Assembly (NCBI GenBank): GCA_000165345.1 | Contig: CM000434.1 | Location: forward strand, 1 to 64,000 | Direction: 5' to 3' | DNA length: 64,000 bases | The notes under the pieces: generated by a model | Databases searched by the model: none | Told to the model about the DNA's origin: nothing | Seen by the model: only the letters and a program-made list of their open reading frames with translations | Program-made: the position numbers and the translations under genes | Shown here: piece by piece, positions 33,720 through 44,542 of the stretch | Layout of the letters: each line of letters starts with the position of its first letter | Position numbering within the stretch: the first letter of the stretch is position 1

Positions 33720-36335
33720 CTAGTTTTCTGGAGTATATTCATTAATAACTTCTCTAGAAAGAGAGGAACTGAAAATAAACCTCCTGTCTTCACACAAAGC
33801 TAGAAGTTTCTCTTCATCTTCTTCTAATAAAAGTCTAGATTTGACAAGTACCTTCATTGAATCTCTGAGAGCATTAAAGAGTATGTTAACTGAAATATGA
33901 GAAATAGCAATGCTGTATTGCTCTTGAGAGTAAGATAAAAGTAATTCGAGATATTGTTGTGCCTCAATTATTTGGTTTTGGAAAAGTTGAATACTAGAAG
34001 GGCCAAGGTAAGACTGAAGTTCCTGGAAATCATGTTCTAATAGATCAACTCTAGCTGTAATAAATGAAAAAAGAACTTCAATATCTAAAAAGAGATTTTT
34101 TGATTTTACCTTATTTCTATAATAATTAATAAAAGAAGGTAAACAAAAAGTACTTGAAATGTTCTTTTGATTGTATTCATTAAGCAACTCACTTGAAAGA
34201 GAGAGAGCTTTTGTATCAGTTAATAGATTTTCCTTACATATCCAAAGCTGACTTCGAATAGAATCCCATTCGCTTGAAAATGCAAAATGAATTGGCAAAT
34301 TAAGTTCCTCACAGGAATAGAAAACTTTTGAAATTGCTTTCTTAAGCACAACCAGAGCTGCACCTGAAATTACGTGATTCTTAAAAAGAAGATCATATGA
34401 TTGCCAGACAGTACTCAAAACCATCTGGCCAATGTAAACATGTCTACCAACTTTAATCTTAGAGTTGTCAGAAGTTATACTTTCTCTTTTCAAAGTTGAA
34501 ATAGAAGAGTTATCATTATTACTTTTATAATTTGAAACGGGTACTGAATTAATTAAAAGAATTGTTTGATTTTCTTCAGGCTTAGCATTTAATAAATTAT
34601 TTGGGCTATTTTTGAAAGAATTACTTTCGGTTTGAGTATTATTAATGTCCAATTCTTTGATAAACCTGTCTTCAAATTCCTCATCTCTAGTTAAACATGA
34701 TAAGGTTCTTTGATTCAAATACTTATTTGAATCATGCCCAATGGGAGCTGTTGGATCCTGCATTATTAATTGTATATTAGTTGATTTAATATTTTTAATA
34801 AATGTATATTGAGAAAGTTGACTAGAAAGTATGATTTCTCCAGTCTCTGTCATTTTAGCATCTATTACATTTGGTATAAAGGTATCGCAAAGTTCGAGTA
34901 ATCCTGGATGAGCATTAAAAAACCAATGCTTACGAATCTGGTCATTAATGACCAATCTATATTCCTCATTAATGGATTTCATTACTTTTTTAAAAAACAT
35001 TCTATGGAATTTTGGAGTCGTATATAACTGGAGCTTCTTATATATAAATTCTACAGTTGTACCATTTATTAATAATGTTAATAATACGGTACCTGCCACA
35101 TAAAATGCAATTTGTCCTTTTAGTTCTGGATCTATATAATCTTCAGACTCCAAGCTCATTGCAAGAGCAAGAGAGACTCCTCCTCTAAGTCCACCCCAAA
35201 TCAAAATTATGGCCTCTTTAATAGTTAGCCCGTATCCAATTCTAGTTAGTAGTGGGGATAATATAAATACCATAATTCCTCGAATGACACAAATGGCAGC
35301 AAATAACAAGAAAAGATTCATAAGCATGTTAGTGTCTTCAATGTAAGGTCTAAAAAGTCTTGCACTAACAATCCCAGCCAACATAAAGATCATATGGTTC
35401 CCAAGCTTTCCAACAAAGTGAATTATTGTGTTATGTATTTCCTGTGCTTTAGGCTTAAATAGAGCAGCTTTTCTGGAAGACATAAAAACCCCATAAGTAA
35501 CGACAGCTAAAACTCCTGATGAGTGGATTAATTCACTAAGGAAGAAAAGAGTATAAACTATCGAGATTGCAATAAAAACTTGAACATCATTTGTAGCTTG
35601 TGCAACTTTCAAGAATAGGTGTACTCCCCATCCAAAAAGAAATCCAAGTAAGGGACCTCCCAAAGCACATCTAATAAATATCCAACCGGAAGTCAAAATT
35701 AAAGAAGGTTCCAAAAACCTATTCAAAAGTATATTCTTGCAGAGTTGGAAAAAAACAACAGCAGCTCCATCGTTCAATAGTGATTCACCATCAACTAAAG
35801 AAGCAAGCTTATCAGGAGCATTAAGCTGGTGAAGAGACGCAATAACAGCGACAGGGTCAGTAGCCGAAAGAATTGAACTGATTAAAAGTGAACATGTCCA
35901 ATCAAAAATTCCTCCAACAAAATAATACATGAAAAATGTAGTCAGAATCATTGATACGATAACACCTGGAAGCGCTAATAAGACAGAAGAGATGAGGTTA
36001 CGCTTAAAAATATGGTAATTAAGCTGTGAAGATGACTCATAAAGGCATATCGGAAGCAGAACGGAGAATATAATATTGGGATGCATGGACTCTGCATGCT
36101 TGATTGCCATACTGAAAATACCAAAGTTGAAGGTTCTGAGTACATAATCCATCATAATTCCATACCCAAATAATACAACACTAAGTGGCAGACGAACTTT
36201 CCCATTAAATATCGTCCTATGACCAAAAAATGATTCCAAAAATGCTGAAGATGGTGCACATATTCCAAACAAGCATACCACCGTCATAACCTGCTCTCCT
36301 GTAATTTCAGGAGGAAAAATGTTATTATTCTCCAT
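33720..36335 (-). CDS. Na+/H+ exchanger (CPA1 family) with a long cytosolic C-terminal domain, 871 aa
   Basis: ATG at 36335 verified. 10-12 TM helices. Exchanger signature ILSATDPVAVIASLHQLNAPDKLASLVDGESLLNDGAAVVFF and IWGGLRGGVSLALAM. The C-terminal domain shares blocks (VWQSYDLLFKNHVISG, LLLEEDEEKL) with the gene at 37353. Confidence 0.85.
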   Translation of the reverse strand: MENNNIFPPEITGEQVMTVVCLFGICAPSSAFLESFFGHRTIFNGKVRLPLSVVLFGYGIMMDYVLRTFNFGIFSMAIKHAESMHPNIIFSVLLPICLYESSSQLNYHIFKRNLISSVLLALPGVIVSMILTTFFMYYFVGGIFDWTCSLLISSILSATDPVAVIASLHQLNAPDKLASLVDGESLLNDGAAVVFFQLCKNILLNRFLEPSLILTSGWIFIRCALGGPLLGFLFGWGVHLFLKVAQATNDVQVFIAISIVYTLFFLSELIHSSGVLAVVTYGVFMSSRKAALFKPKAQEIHNTIIHFVGKLGNHMIFMLAGIVSARLFRPYIEDTNMLMNLFLLFAAICVIRGIMVFILSPLLTRIGYGLTIKEAIILIWGGLRGGVSLALAMSLESEDYIDPELKGQIAFYVAGTVLLTLLINGTTVEFIYKKLQLYTTPKFHRMFFKKVMKSINEEYRLVINDQIRKHWFFNAHPGLLELCDTFIPNVIDAKMTETGEIILSSQLSQYTFIKNIKSTNIQLIMQDPTAPIGHDSNKYLNQRTLSCLTRDEEFEDRFIKELDINNTQTESNSFKNSPNNLLNAKPEENQTILLINSVPVSNYKSNNDNSSISTLKRESITSDNSKIKVGRHVYIGQMVLSTVWQSYDLLFKNHVISGAALVVLKKAISKVFYSCEELNLPIHFAFSSEWDSIRSQLWICKENLLTDTKALSLSSELLNEYNQKNISSTFCLPSFINYYRNKVKSKNLFLDIEVLFSFITARVDLLEHDFQELQSYLGPSSIQLFQNQIIEAQQYLELLLSYSQEQYSIAISHISVNILFNALRDSMKVLVKSRLLLEEDEEKLLALCEDRRFIFSSSLSREVINEYTPEN

Positions 36336-36757
36336 TTATTTAGATTGAAAAGTAGACAATTTAGAGAATGGAAATGGGTTAGAAAAAGCTCCAGCAAATA
36401 CAGCAAGGTTTTAGGAATGAAGTATAAGAGATTTCTTTGTACTTATGCTTTTGGCTCGTTTCAAAAATGTAGAATGTACATGTAAAACAATAATTTTTTT
36501 AATATTCCAGTAAGAAATCTATGTTTTCTTACTGTACCTTTGTTATAACAATAGTAATGTTAATAATAAAAACAATATTAATTTAACCAGAAAAAAGGTT
36601 AATGTTGTATAGTAATGCCTAAAAGATTTCCTTTAAAGCTTTTTAAATTAGTATATATTTTCTGGAATGTTTCTGAAAGATTTATATTCTGATTTTTTCC
36701 CAATTTTCTCCTTTTTCAGCTTAGCTTTTCTTTTTTGACAGTCCAAATAAAAATAGT

Positions 36758-37217
36758 TGTGGCGGGTTATTTTAAAAAGTAATTTATTATAGATAATATT
36801 TAAAAGAAACAAGATAAGAAAGGGGAAGAAGGATAATGGAAAGGATGATGATAAAATAGGTAATATAGAGTAATTTTTTGTGTTTTCAGAATCAATTCTG
36901 TGAGATTTTATTGTGGATATTCGGGCACATAAAAGAGGGAATAAGGCAAGATTAAACTCTAGTGGTTCTATAACAATTAATTAAAAAAAGCTTAAACTAA
37001 GAAAGTTTTTTGTGAGGGGGAACGTTCTAATATTTTACAAGACTTTCTTTATATTCAAAATTATACTTGAGATTATAAAATCTTCAGCAGCATGCAAACT
37101 TTCCAAAAACTATAATTTTTGCAAAGTGATTGCGGTAGCTGTAAGTAAATCAGGACAGGACGAGGATTGGCGGTAAAATAGGTGCAGGTGTCCCGCCATC
37201 CATTAATTGCGCGGCAT
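36758..37217. promoter_or_regulatory. Bidirectional promoter region between the two NHE genes carrying TGGCGGGTT, ATTGGCGGTAAAAT, TCCCGCCAT, TTGCGCGGCA and one GCATGCA
   Basis: Direct reading. This roughly 1-kb spacer is noticeably GC-richer than other intergenic DNA in the window. Confidence 0.45.
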
Positions 37218-37352
37218 TGTGAAGTAAGGCTTTTTATATGAGAATAAAGCAGATTTTTAGACAAAAAAAAAGATTAGAGTAAGTAAACAATAGGTAATAA
37301 ATTACAACTGGAATTAGAAGAACCATACATTATTGATAGTTGATTGGAGAGA

Positions 37353-40136
37353 ATGTCAGGTTTATCAGCTGTGGCAGATGTAATAATGTCGCATGAGGCA
37401 GGAGGAGTGCCGATACTTGTTGGATTTGTGAGTACATGTTTGCTCGGATCGGCACTCTTAGAATGGATATTGTCAGTAGTATTTGTTCGTCAACCCCCAA
37501 CAACAGTTGCTTTGTTTTGTTATGGGATGTTTCTAAGTTATATATGTGAATCATTTTCATTAGGCACATTGGCTGAGGGAGTACGAATTGTTGAGAGGAC
37601 AGATCCAAACGTTATATTTTATATATTACTGCCTATATTTTTATATGAATCTTCAGCAACATTAAACTTTCATGTCTTTAGTAGAAATCTCCCGTCAGCT
37701 CTACTTCTAGCAGGCCCCGGAGCAATTTTAACAATGGTATTATTGGCTTTTGCAATTAAGTTCATTACAAGTATGAATTTTGTTTTATGTTTCCTAGTCA
37801 GTTCAGTGCTCTCAGCTACAGATCCTGTTGCAGTTATAGCTTCTCTTCATCAACTTAATGCACCTGAAAAGTTAGCTTCTGTTGTAGATGGTGAATCATT
37901 ACTTAATGATGGTGCAGCTGTAGTTTTCTTTGAAGTTTTCAGAGAAGTTATTATATCTGGTATGTCATCTTATAGCCACTATATCTGGACATTTATTAGA
38001 CTAGCTATTGGAGGTCCTGCTGTTGGAGTTGTATTCGGATTCCTTATTTCCGTCTGGTTAAGAGCAGCTCAGGCACTTGGTGGAGTCCAGGTAATTGGTG
38101 TTACAGCTTCTGTATACTTTGTCTTTTTTATAGCTGATGAGCTCCGTACATCTGGTGTACTTGCTACTGTAGTTTTTGGACTATTTATGTCTGCTTGGGG
38201 CCCAACATGTTTCAGACCAAAGGCTCAGGAATCCCATTTTCATTTCGTTAAGATTTTTGCTCACTTAGCAAACCATCTCATTTTTGTTTTATCAGGAGTT
38301 GTAAGTATGAGAATCTTCAGACCTTATTGGTCAGATGGAAGAATGTGGATTAACTTAGTGTTGGTTTATATTGCTATGAATATTGTTAGAGGAATTATGG
38401 TAGCAACATTATTACCATTATTGAACAAGGTTGGATCAGACTTATCCTTCAAGGAGGCCGTAATTCTTATTTATGGAGGTTTAAGAGGTGGAGTTTCCAT
38501 GGCTTTAGCTATGGTCTTTGAAGGAGATACTTCAGTACCAGGTTCTACAAGATCTCAAGTAGCATTTTACGTTGCAGGAGCAGTTTCATTATCTCTTTTA
38601 GTTAATGGCACTACTGTGGAGACATTATATAAGAAGCTAAAGATCTATACTGTACAAAACTTTAGAAGAGCCTTTTTACTTAAGGTTATGGAAGGAATAG
38701 ATGATGAGTATATGAAAGCATTTGAGGAGCTTAAATGCCACTGGCTTTTTGGTAATCATACGAATGCTTTAGATGCAGCTAATTTACTAGTTCCAAGGCT
38801 TAAAGATGGATATCTTGATTTTTATGGCGATTTACACATACTATTAACCCCTCCACCACATGTATTTGCAAGATTGAATGTTAAGGGTATTGAATCACAA
38901 CTAGAGGACTACTCAAAATATCGTAGTATGGCAGTAGATGTTGAAAATGGTGAAGATGAATTTAACCACTTGAATAGTATGGGAGGTAGCATAGGAAGAG
39001 AAAGGTCCAGATCAGCTTTAGTTGGTGTAGATGGTTTGGATATTGATGAAAGGTGTTGGAATATTATTGCAACATCCGTTAAGATGGCAAAGAGTCAGCC
39101 ATCTGTGGATTCTAGTGCAAGAGGAAGCCTTCTTCCTTCATTAGATGATCATAATAATGGACTAGAACCTGATGAAAGTGCATCTATTATTAGCTTTAAG
39201 AATAAGAGGAAGCCAGAAAATAATCCAATTCCAGAACTTGAAAACTCGAGCTCAGGTAGCGCTGAGTGCTCAGCCTTGCTTGGAAATACTTCCTCGATGG
39301 TTAAAGAGGAGAGATCACATTCTGAATCTGCTCCTTTGGTTAAAACAGAACAGGAAGAGGAGATTGGACAAAATAAGAGACATACATACGACGATGCAAC
39401 TCAAGTTAATAATGTTTCTGGAAACTTATTATGCCATACGGAATCTGATGAAAATAAAGGTAGAAGTCCTACATTTGCTCCTTTACTTATGGCTACAGGA
39501 TCTTTACATACTTTTGCAGAGCAAGAGCTTTTAGTCTGTAATATGGTTTTCAATACTTGCTGGCAAAGCTATGACTTAATGTTCCGTAAACACGTAATTT
39601 CTGGTACATCGCTTTTAACTTTAAAGAAGGCAATAAATAAGGCAAATCACGCAAGCCCTGAAGAAAAGACTAGCCCATTCACAGTTGAATGGGAATCAAT
39701 TAGAAGTGATTTAAGATCAACAAAGAGACCTGGTTTCATCTTCAATATGTGGCAATCAGATTTTGAAAAGATACTTCATGATATGGAAGTTTTATTTGCT
39801 TTTATAAATGCTAACAAAGATCTTATGAAAGCAGGTGGATTTGAAGTAGAATGCCTTTTGGGTGCTTCTTTATTAGATTCATACAAAAGACGTATGATTC
39901 AAGCTAAACAAGAGCTACACAGACTACGTGACCAATTCACTAACTACTATGTTTTAGGCCTTGCAATAATTGCGACAAATATGCTCCTCAATGTTAAAGA
40001 GCAGATTGTTTCTGTTGAAGTTTCTAGAGGTGTGCTTTTAGAAGAAGATGAAGAGAAAATTACTGATATACTTGAACAACAAAGATTGGCCCTTGATGCA
40101 TTCATTTCACAAGGTGCTGAGACTCAATCAATTTAA
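37353..40136 (+). CDS. Na+/H+ exchanger paralog (CPA1 family), about 928 aa
   Basis: The track start at 37344 is a TTG. The first ATG at 37353 gives MSGLSAVADV. Signature VLSATDPVAVIASLHQLNAPEKLASVVDGESLLNDGAAVVFF, IYGGLRGGVSMALAM. C-terminal blocks CWQSYDLMFRKHVISG and VLLEEDEEKI are shared with 33720-36335. Confidence 0.85.
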   Translation: MSGLSAVADVIMSHEAGGVPILVGFVSTCLLGSALLEWILSVVFVRQPPTTVALFCYGMFLSYICESFSLGTLAEGVRIVERTDPNVIFYILLPIFLYESSATLNFHVFSRNLPSALLLAGPGAILTMVLLAFAIKFITSMNFVLCFLVSSVLSATDPVAVIASLHQLNAPEKLASVVDGESLLNDGAAVVFFEVFREVIISGMSSYSHYIWTFIRLAIGGPAVGVVFGFLISVWLRAAQALGGVQVIGVTASVYFVFFIADELRTSGVLATVVFGLFMSAWGPTCFRPKAQESHFHFVKIFAHLANHLIFVLSGVVSMRIFRPYWSDGRMWINLVLVYIAMNIVRGIMVATLLPLLNKVGSDLSFKEAVILIYGGLRGGVSMALAMVFEGDTSVPGSTRSQVAFYVAGAVSLSLLVNGTTVETLYKKLKIYTVQNFRRAFLLKVMEGIDDEYMKAFEELKCHWLFGNHTNALDAANLLVPRLKDGYLDFYGDLHILLTPPPHVFARLNVKGIESQLEDYSKYRSMAVDVENGEDEFNHLNSMGGSIGRERSRSALVGVDGLDIDERCWNIIATSVKMAKSQPSVDSSARGSLLPSLDDHNNGLEPDESASIISFKNKRKPENNPIPELENSSSGSAECSALLGNTSSMVKEERSHSESAPLVKTEQEEEIGQNKRHTYDDATQVNNVSGNLLCHTESDENKGRSPTFAPLLMATGSLHTFAEQELLVCNMVFNTCWQSYDLMFRKHVISGTSLLTLKKAINKANHASPEEKTSPFTVEWESIRSDLRSTKRPGFIFNMWQSDFEKILHDMEVLFAFINANKDLMKAGGFEVECLLGASLLDSYKRRMIQAKQELHRLRDQFTNYYVLGLAIIATNMLLNVKEQIVSVEVSRGVLLEEDEEKITDILEQQRLALDAFISQGAETQSI

Positions 40137-40406
40137 GAATACAATAAAAAAGTCAATTTTTATTCTAAACTATTTTTATAATACTTATATTAATTTGAAT
40201 GCATCCATATAGAGTATTGTATAATTAACAATGAAAATCTTAAGCGATGATTTTTAAATAAAAATCAAGTAGGAACTTTTTTTTTATTTAGTATTTTCTT
40301 AATTACATGTATAACTTTTTTTTTGTAAATTGCATTGAATTTTACCTTTAGATGGCTAAGCGCTAAAAGCGGTACCGAATTAATTCCTGGTAATATAATA
40401 GGGAAT

Positions 40407-40418
40407 TAGGCGGGAAGC
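40407..40418. promoter_or_regulatory. TTAGGCGGGAAG, a classic E2F-type GGCGGGAA site about 450 bp upstream of the gene at 40863
   Basis: Direct reading. Confidence 0.45.
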
Positions 40419-40862
40419 CTGCCAAAAATAAAAAAGTTTATTGAATAATATTTAATTCAATCAAAAAAATAATTAAAAATCTAAAAGAAAGGCAAGGAGA
40501 TAAATAAGGTTGAATTAGGATCAGAGAATTAAAAGGTAGGAATTTGATTAATTAGCTAAAGCAGTGAAAACCAAGACAGTTTGATACTTTTATCACTAAA
40601 GCTGAAAATAATTAATATTAGAGTTGCAACTGATTATTGTGTGGGCATTAGTGCTTGTATCAAAGAAAACTTTACTAACAAACTTTGTATATTTAGAAGA
40701 ATAGTTAAAAGAAGTCATCAAAATAAAAGAATATCCTGAGCGATCATTAGCTGAAGAATAGTTTGAAGAAATTTTGTTTGAATAATTAATTGTATATATA
40801 TAAATATAAAATTATCTATGTATATTTATATTTGTGGATTTCATTGGATGTTAACAATATAA

Positions 40863-41747
40863 ATGTCAGTTCAATCTAATGAATTAGATCAGGAGGCACA
40901 GCAATATAATCTCTATAAGGATTTGGAAGAATTTGAGAAGAAGCTGGCAACAGCAAGAAAAAGGACTAGGGATGCTGACTATTTGGATAGAAAATTAGTA
41001 ATTTCTGATTCCACAGAATTTGAAAGGCACTTTGATAATTTAAGTGAAGCAATTGCAAGATTGCTTCCTTATCATACATTTTATGTTGATGAGATTAAAT
41101 CTAATAGAATTTCAGAAGATCCTGATAAAATTTCAGAAAGAAACAAGAGAATTAAGAATCTTGAAGATTCTATTTTAAATATTAGTACAAGCAGCCCTTC
41201 ATTTATATTTAATACTTGTAAATATGGGTTTGTTAGGGTTATCCATTCTTCCATCTCAATGGATTTGGAAAGAAACAAGAAGGAACTTGCTCAGTTACAG
41301 GCTTTGGAACTTACTTGGAAGTATCCAATAGAAAATAGTTCAAATTTTCCAAATGACAAGAATATGATTGGTGGCTCATCAGTATTAACGGGTTCAACAT
41401 TAAATAACTCAAATCACTTGAGTACGACTCATTTTGACCATAGTAATGAACTCTTATACCGAAATATGGTCCCTAAGAATCAAGTTAACAGCCAGGTCTC
41501 TAACATGATTGGAAATTATAGTATGAATAAGCACTATTTTGACACTAATGAAATACTAGGACGCGAAAAAGACAAGGATTTACTTCCAAATTCCGTTCCT
41601 AATAGTAACCAAATTTCTCATAATCCTAACTTAGAGAGTGTTTACCTAACAAAAATTAATGGTAACGCCAACAAAAATCTTGACTTATATTCCCTACCAC
41701 CTGATATGCTAAAGACTGAGAGATTTTCTAATATTAGCAATAACTAA
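40863..41747 (+). CDS. Hypothetical protein with an N-terminal coiled-coil and an Asn/Ser-rich tail, 294 aa
   Basis: ATG verified. Non-repetitive N-terminal 150 aa with charged heptad-like segments. No domain recognised by eye. Confidence 0.5.
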   Translation: MSVQSNELDQEAQQYNLYKDLEEFEKKLATARKRTRDADYLDRKLVISDSTEFERHFDNLSEAIARLLPYHTFYVDEIKSNRISEDPDKISERNKRIKNLEDSILNISTSSPSFIFNTCKYGFVRVIHSSISMDLERNKKELAQLQALELTWKYPIENSSNFPNDKNMIGGSSVLTGSTLNNSNHLSTTHFDHSNELLYRNMVPKNQVNSQVSNMIGNYSMNKHYFDTNEILGREKDKDLLPNSVPNSNQISHNPNLESVYLTKINGNANKNLDLYSLPPDMLKTERFSNISNN

Positions 41748-42035
41748 ATATTCATTTCTATATTAAAGTTAAATAGACTTCTCAATCTGTAGTCTTAAAT
41801 TATCAAATTGTTTTATTTATATAATTTAATTGTTTGTTAATCTAGTAATAATTCCTCTTTTTTATTTTAATCTATTGTAAGCTACAATGTCAGCTTATTT
41901 ATATAACTTCTCACGGAAATATTTATTTCCTTTTAAAATTCTCTCTCGCTCTTCTCACCAATTCGAAAAATTGTAATTTGCTTCAGTAATTTATGTTCAC
42001 GTAGTAAATCATTAATATAAAAATTAAGATGCGTG

Positions 42036-42053
42036 CTGGCGCCGGCGCCACAC
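42036..42053. promoter_or_regulatory. CTGGCGCCGGCGCCACA, a tandem double GGCGCC element about 275 bp upstream of the gene at 42328
   Basis: Direct reading. This is the only duplicated copy of the motif in the window. Confidence 0.55.
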
Positions 42054-42327
42054 AATTATGGCAAGCCCGGACTAAGTACATCTGAAAATTCAAATTTTCC
42101 CAAAAAAGGAAAAGAATTTCAGGAGATTAAAGGAAGCAAGGATTGATATTAATGGATACAATATATGCAAACTCACTAATCCATTTCTAATTCTTTCTTT
42201 TCCAAAATAAGTTCAGATCAACCAGAACAAATTATTATATTTTATTAATTCTAATTTATGTGTGGAAATAAAACAAGAAATTAAGGTATAAGAGGCAGGA
42301 AAGATTAATTTGTGGACGGTAAAACAT

Positions 42328-44400
42328 ATGTCGGATATTTCGTGTATATTATATTCTGGAATTTATGAGGTACTGGTAGAATACTTAGATTATGAAGATG
42401 TTTATGAGTTAGCACTTTTAAGTGTGGAGTGGGGTAATTACTTAGGAGGTACTTTTATAAGATACTGGAAAAGAGCTTCAACTCATATTTTTGGACTCAG
42501 ATTTGACTTAATTCGAGTTTTGACTGATAAAATGTTTATGGATACCAAAGACAAAGAGTTTGAGAATATCATTCATTCACGAAATATAAAAAGTTGGTTT
42601 GAATATTTCGAGTTTTTGACTACTTCTGAGCTTAGAACATTATTAATTAATCAAAAAAAAATGAATAAAGTTCTACATGATCTGCTAGTTAAGCTAAAGG
42701 TTGAGTTAAATCCTACTAATTCTTATTTTTCAATCCAGAACTCATCCAATTTCGAAGGAAATATTGGCTTTAACAAATTCATTCAAGATTATACTAGGAA
42801 TATTTCTGAAGCTTTGACATATCCTTTCAGGCCTATAAATAAGCAAAATTCTAAAGATCATATTAATAGTAAGGATACAAATTCTACAGAGTTCACAAGT
42901 TTTAATAGAATTGAGTTAGATTTCGGAGGATTAGGCAAGGGGTATTTATGGGATATGGAAATTACTTCAATAACATCTCAAAATATCATCTTAAAATCAG
43001 AATTTCAGATAGAAGATATACCTTATTGGGATATAGGCCAATTAATGATAGAATATATTGCAGTTTGGGGAATAATCAATGAAGATGATCATTTATTATT
43101 ATATCATCATAAAAATCCATTTCATAAAACTGATGATAGAATTCACCAAAATTCCAATAATTATCAGACTTTAATACTTGAACATGGTACCAAGATTTCA
43201 AATCTAAATGGAATTAATTACTTCCTATCCAGTTTGAGTAGTTTTGCTGGAATTGAAATGAGTATTAATGAACAATTGTCTAGAATTACTATTTATATTA
43301 CTTTACAAGTAGTGTTCATCTTAGAAAATCTCAAGAATCACTTTTCATCAAATACAAAAAGTTTCTTATATTCAAATAAGCAAACAAAGAGTATTCAGGA
43401 CTCGGAGAGATGTAATATTATTGATAATTTTCAATTCAAAGAAAACATTCATACATGTAGTAATACTGTTGAATATATAGAAGAAAATTATATGCATTTA
43501 GAAGATTATCATTTATCAACAGAAAAATATAATTCAAAAGAAGATTCAGACTTTAATTTGCTTGATATTGAGTGTGAATATGATAATATATCAACTCAAG
43601 AATCATTGTTTCTCTCTGAAGATGAATTTGATCCTTTCGAAGGCAATCTTACATTATTACCATCATCATCAGTATCATCCTATAAAGATCATCTTGAATC
43701 AAATCCATCAATAGAGAAACAAACAAAATATTGGGTACCTTCATTTCTAAGTTTTAAACCAAAATTTATGTATTCGATACCTTTTAAATGCAACGAAAAT
43801 AAATATTCTAGATCATATTATAATATTGAGCTACAATTAATGGATACAAGAGCAAGTATTCCTTTATATTTATATGGAGATTTGGAACCATTTATTGAAA
43901 GTAAAAGCATGGACTTTGTTGAATTAAGAGTATATTTTGGACGAAATTATCCAAATTCTAGTTTTATCAAAACAAATTGTTTATATCAAGCAGGAATTTC
44001 TGTTATAGACAAAACTAATGGCGAAATAGTATTTAGTTTAGTTTTCCCAAAATCCAAATCATTTTATGATAGAAGAGTAGTTTCTTCAAAATCTAAGCGA
44101 TTATTGAAATTATGTTCATATTCTAGAGTATATAGTACTCAAGTTCCAGTTGTGGATCCTCCTTCACAATTAACTAATATGCCAGAATCAGTATTTAGTA
44201 AGCTTGAAATACTTATCCATCCTCAGAAGAGTACTGTAGGTAAAGTTTCAGAACTTAGTATATCTTTGAATGTTAAAGAATGTTTAGCTTTATTTCCTAT
44301 TAAAAAGTTTAAAAGGTTTCTCAGATTACAAGGATTTCAATCTCAGGATCAGTATAAAAGAAAGATTAATTCTCCAATAAAAAATATTCACAAGTACTAA
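42328..44400 (+). CDS. Hypothetical protein, about 690 aa, with a possible N-terminal F-box-like helix-turn (ISCILYSGIYEVLVEYLDYEDVYELALLSVEW)
   Basis: The track start at 42310 is a TTG. The first ATG at 42328 gives MSDISCILY. The rest is Asn/Ser/Ile-rich with no recognisable domain. The F-box call is pattern-level only. Confidence 0.45.
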   Translation: MSDISCILYSGIYEVLVEYLDYEDVYELALLSVEWGNYLGGTFIRYWKRASTHIFGLRFDLIRVLTDKMFMDTKDKEFENIIHSRNIKSWFEYFEFLTTSELRTLLINQKKMNKVLHDLLVKLKVELNPTNSYFSIQNSSNFEGNIGFNKFIQDYTRNISEALTYPFRPINKQNSKDHINSKDTNSTEFTSFNRIELDFGGLGKGYLWDMEITSITSQNIILKSEFQIEDIPYWDIGQLMIEYIAVWGIINEDDHLLLYHHKNPFHKTDDRIHQNSNNYQTLILEHGTKISNLNGINYFLSSLSSFAGIEMSINEQLSRITIYITLQVVFILENLKNHFSSNTKSFLYSNKQTKSIQDSERCNIIDNFQFKENIHTCSNTVEYIEENYMHLEDYHLSTEKYNSKEDSDFNLLDIECEYDNISTQESLFLSEDEFDPFEGNLTLLPSSSVSSYKDHLESNPSIEKQTKYWVPSFLSFKPKFMYSIPFKCNENKYSRSYYNIELQLMDTRASIPLYLYGDLEPFIESKSMDFVELRVYFGRNYPNSSFIKTNCLYQAGISVIDKTNGEIVFSLVFPKSKSFYDRRVVSSKSKRLLKLCSYSRVYSTQVPVVDPPSQLTNMPESVFSKLEILIHPQKSTVGKVSELSISLNVKECLALFPIKKFKRFLRLQGFQSQDQYKRKINSPIKNIHKY

Positions 44401-44451
44401 TTATATTAGGGAATATAGCAAATTTAGTTTTGATTCTATATTATAAATATC

Positions 44452-44476
44452 ATATATATATATATATATATATATA
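44452..44476. repeat. (AT)12 dinucleotide microsatellite
   Basis: Direct reading, in the 3' intergenic region between two convergent genes. Confidence 0.9.
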
Positions 44477-44542
44477 TTGGTTGTGAAAGTAGTATTTAAG
44501 TTATATCTATATCATCTTTCAAATAGATCTTTTTGTATATTT

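Noticed and set aside
37073-37608. Two small minus-strand ORFs in the NHE bidirectional promoter and 5' end
   Set aside because: One overlaps the start of the verified plus-strand NHE gene in antisense and the other lies in the GC-rich promoter. No domain content.
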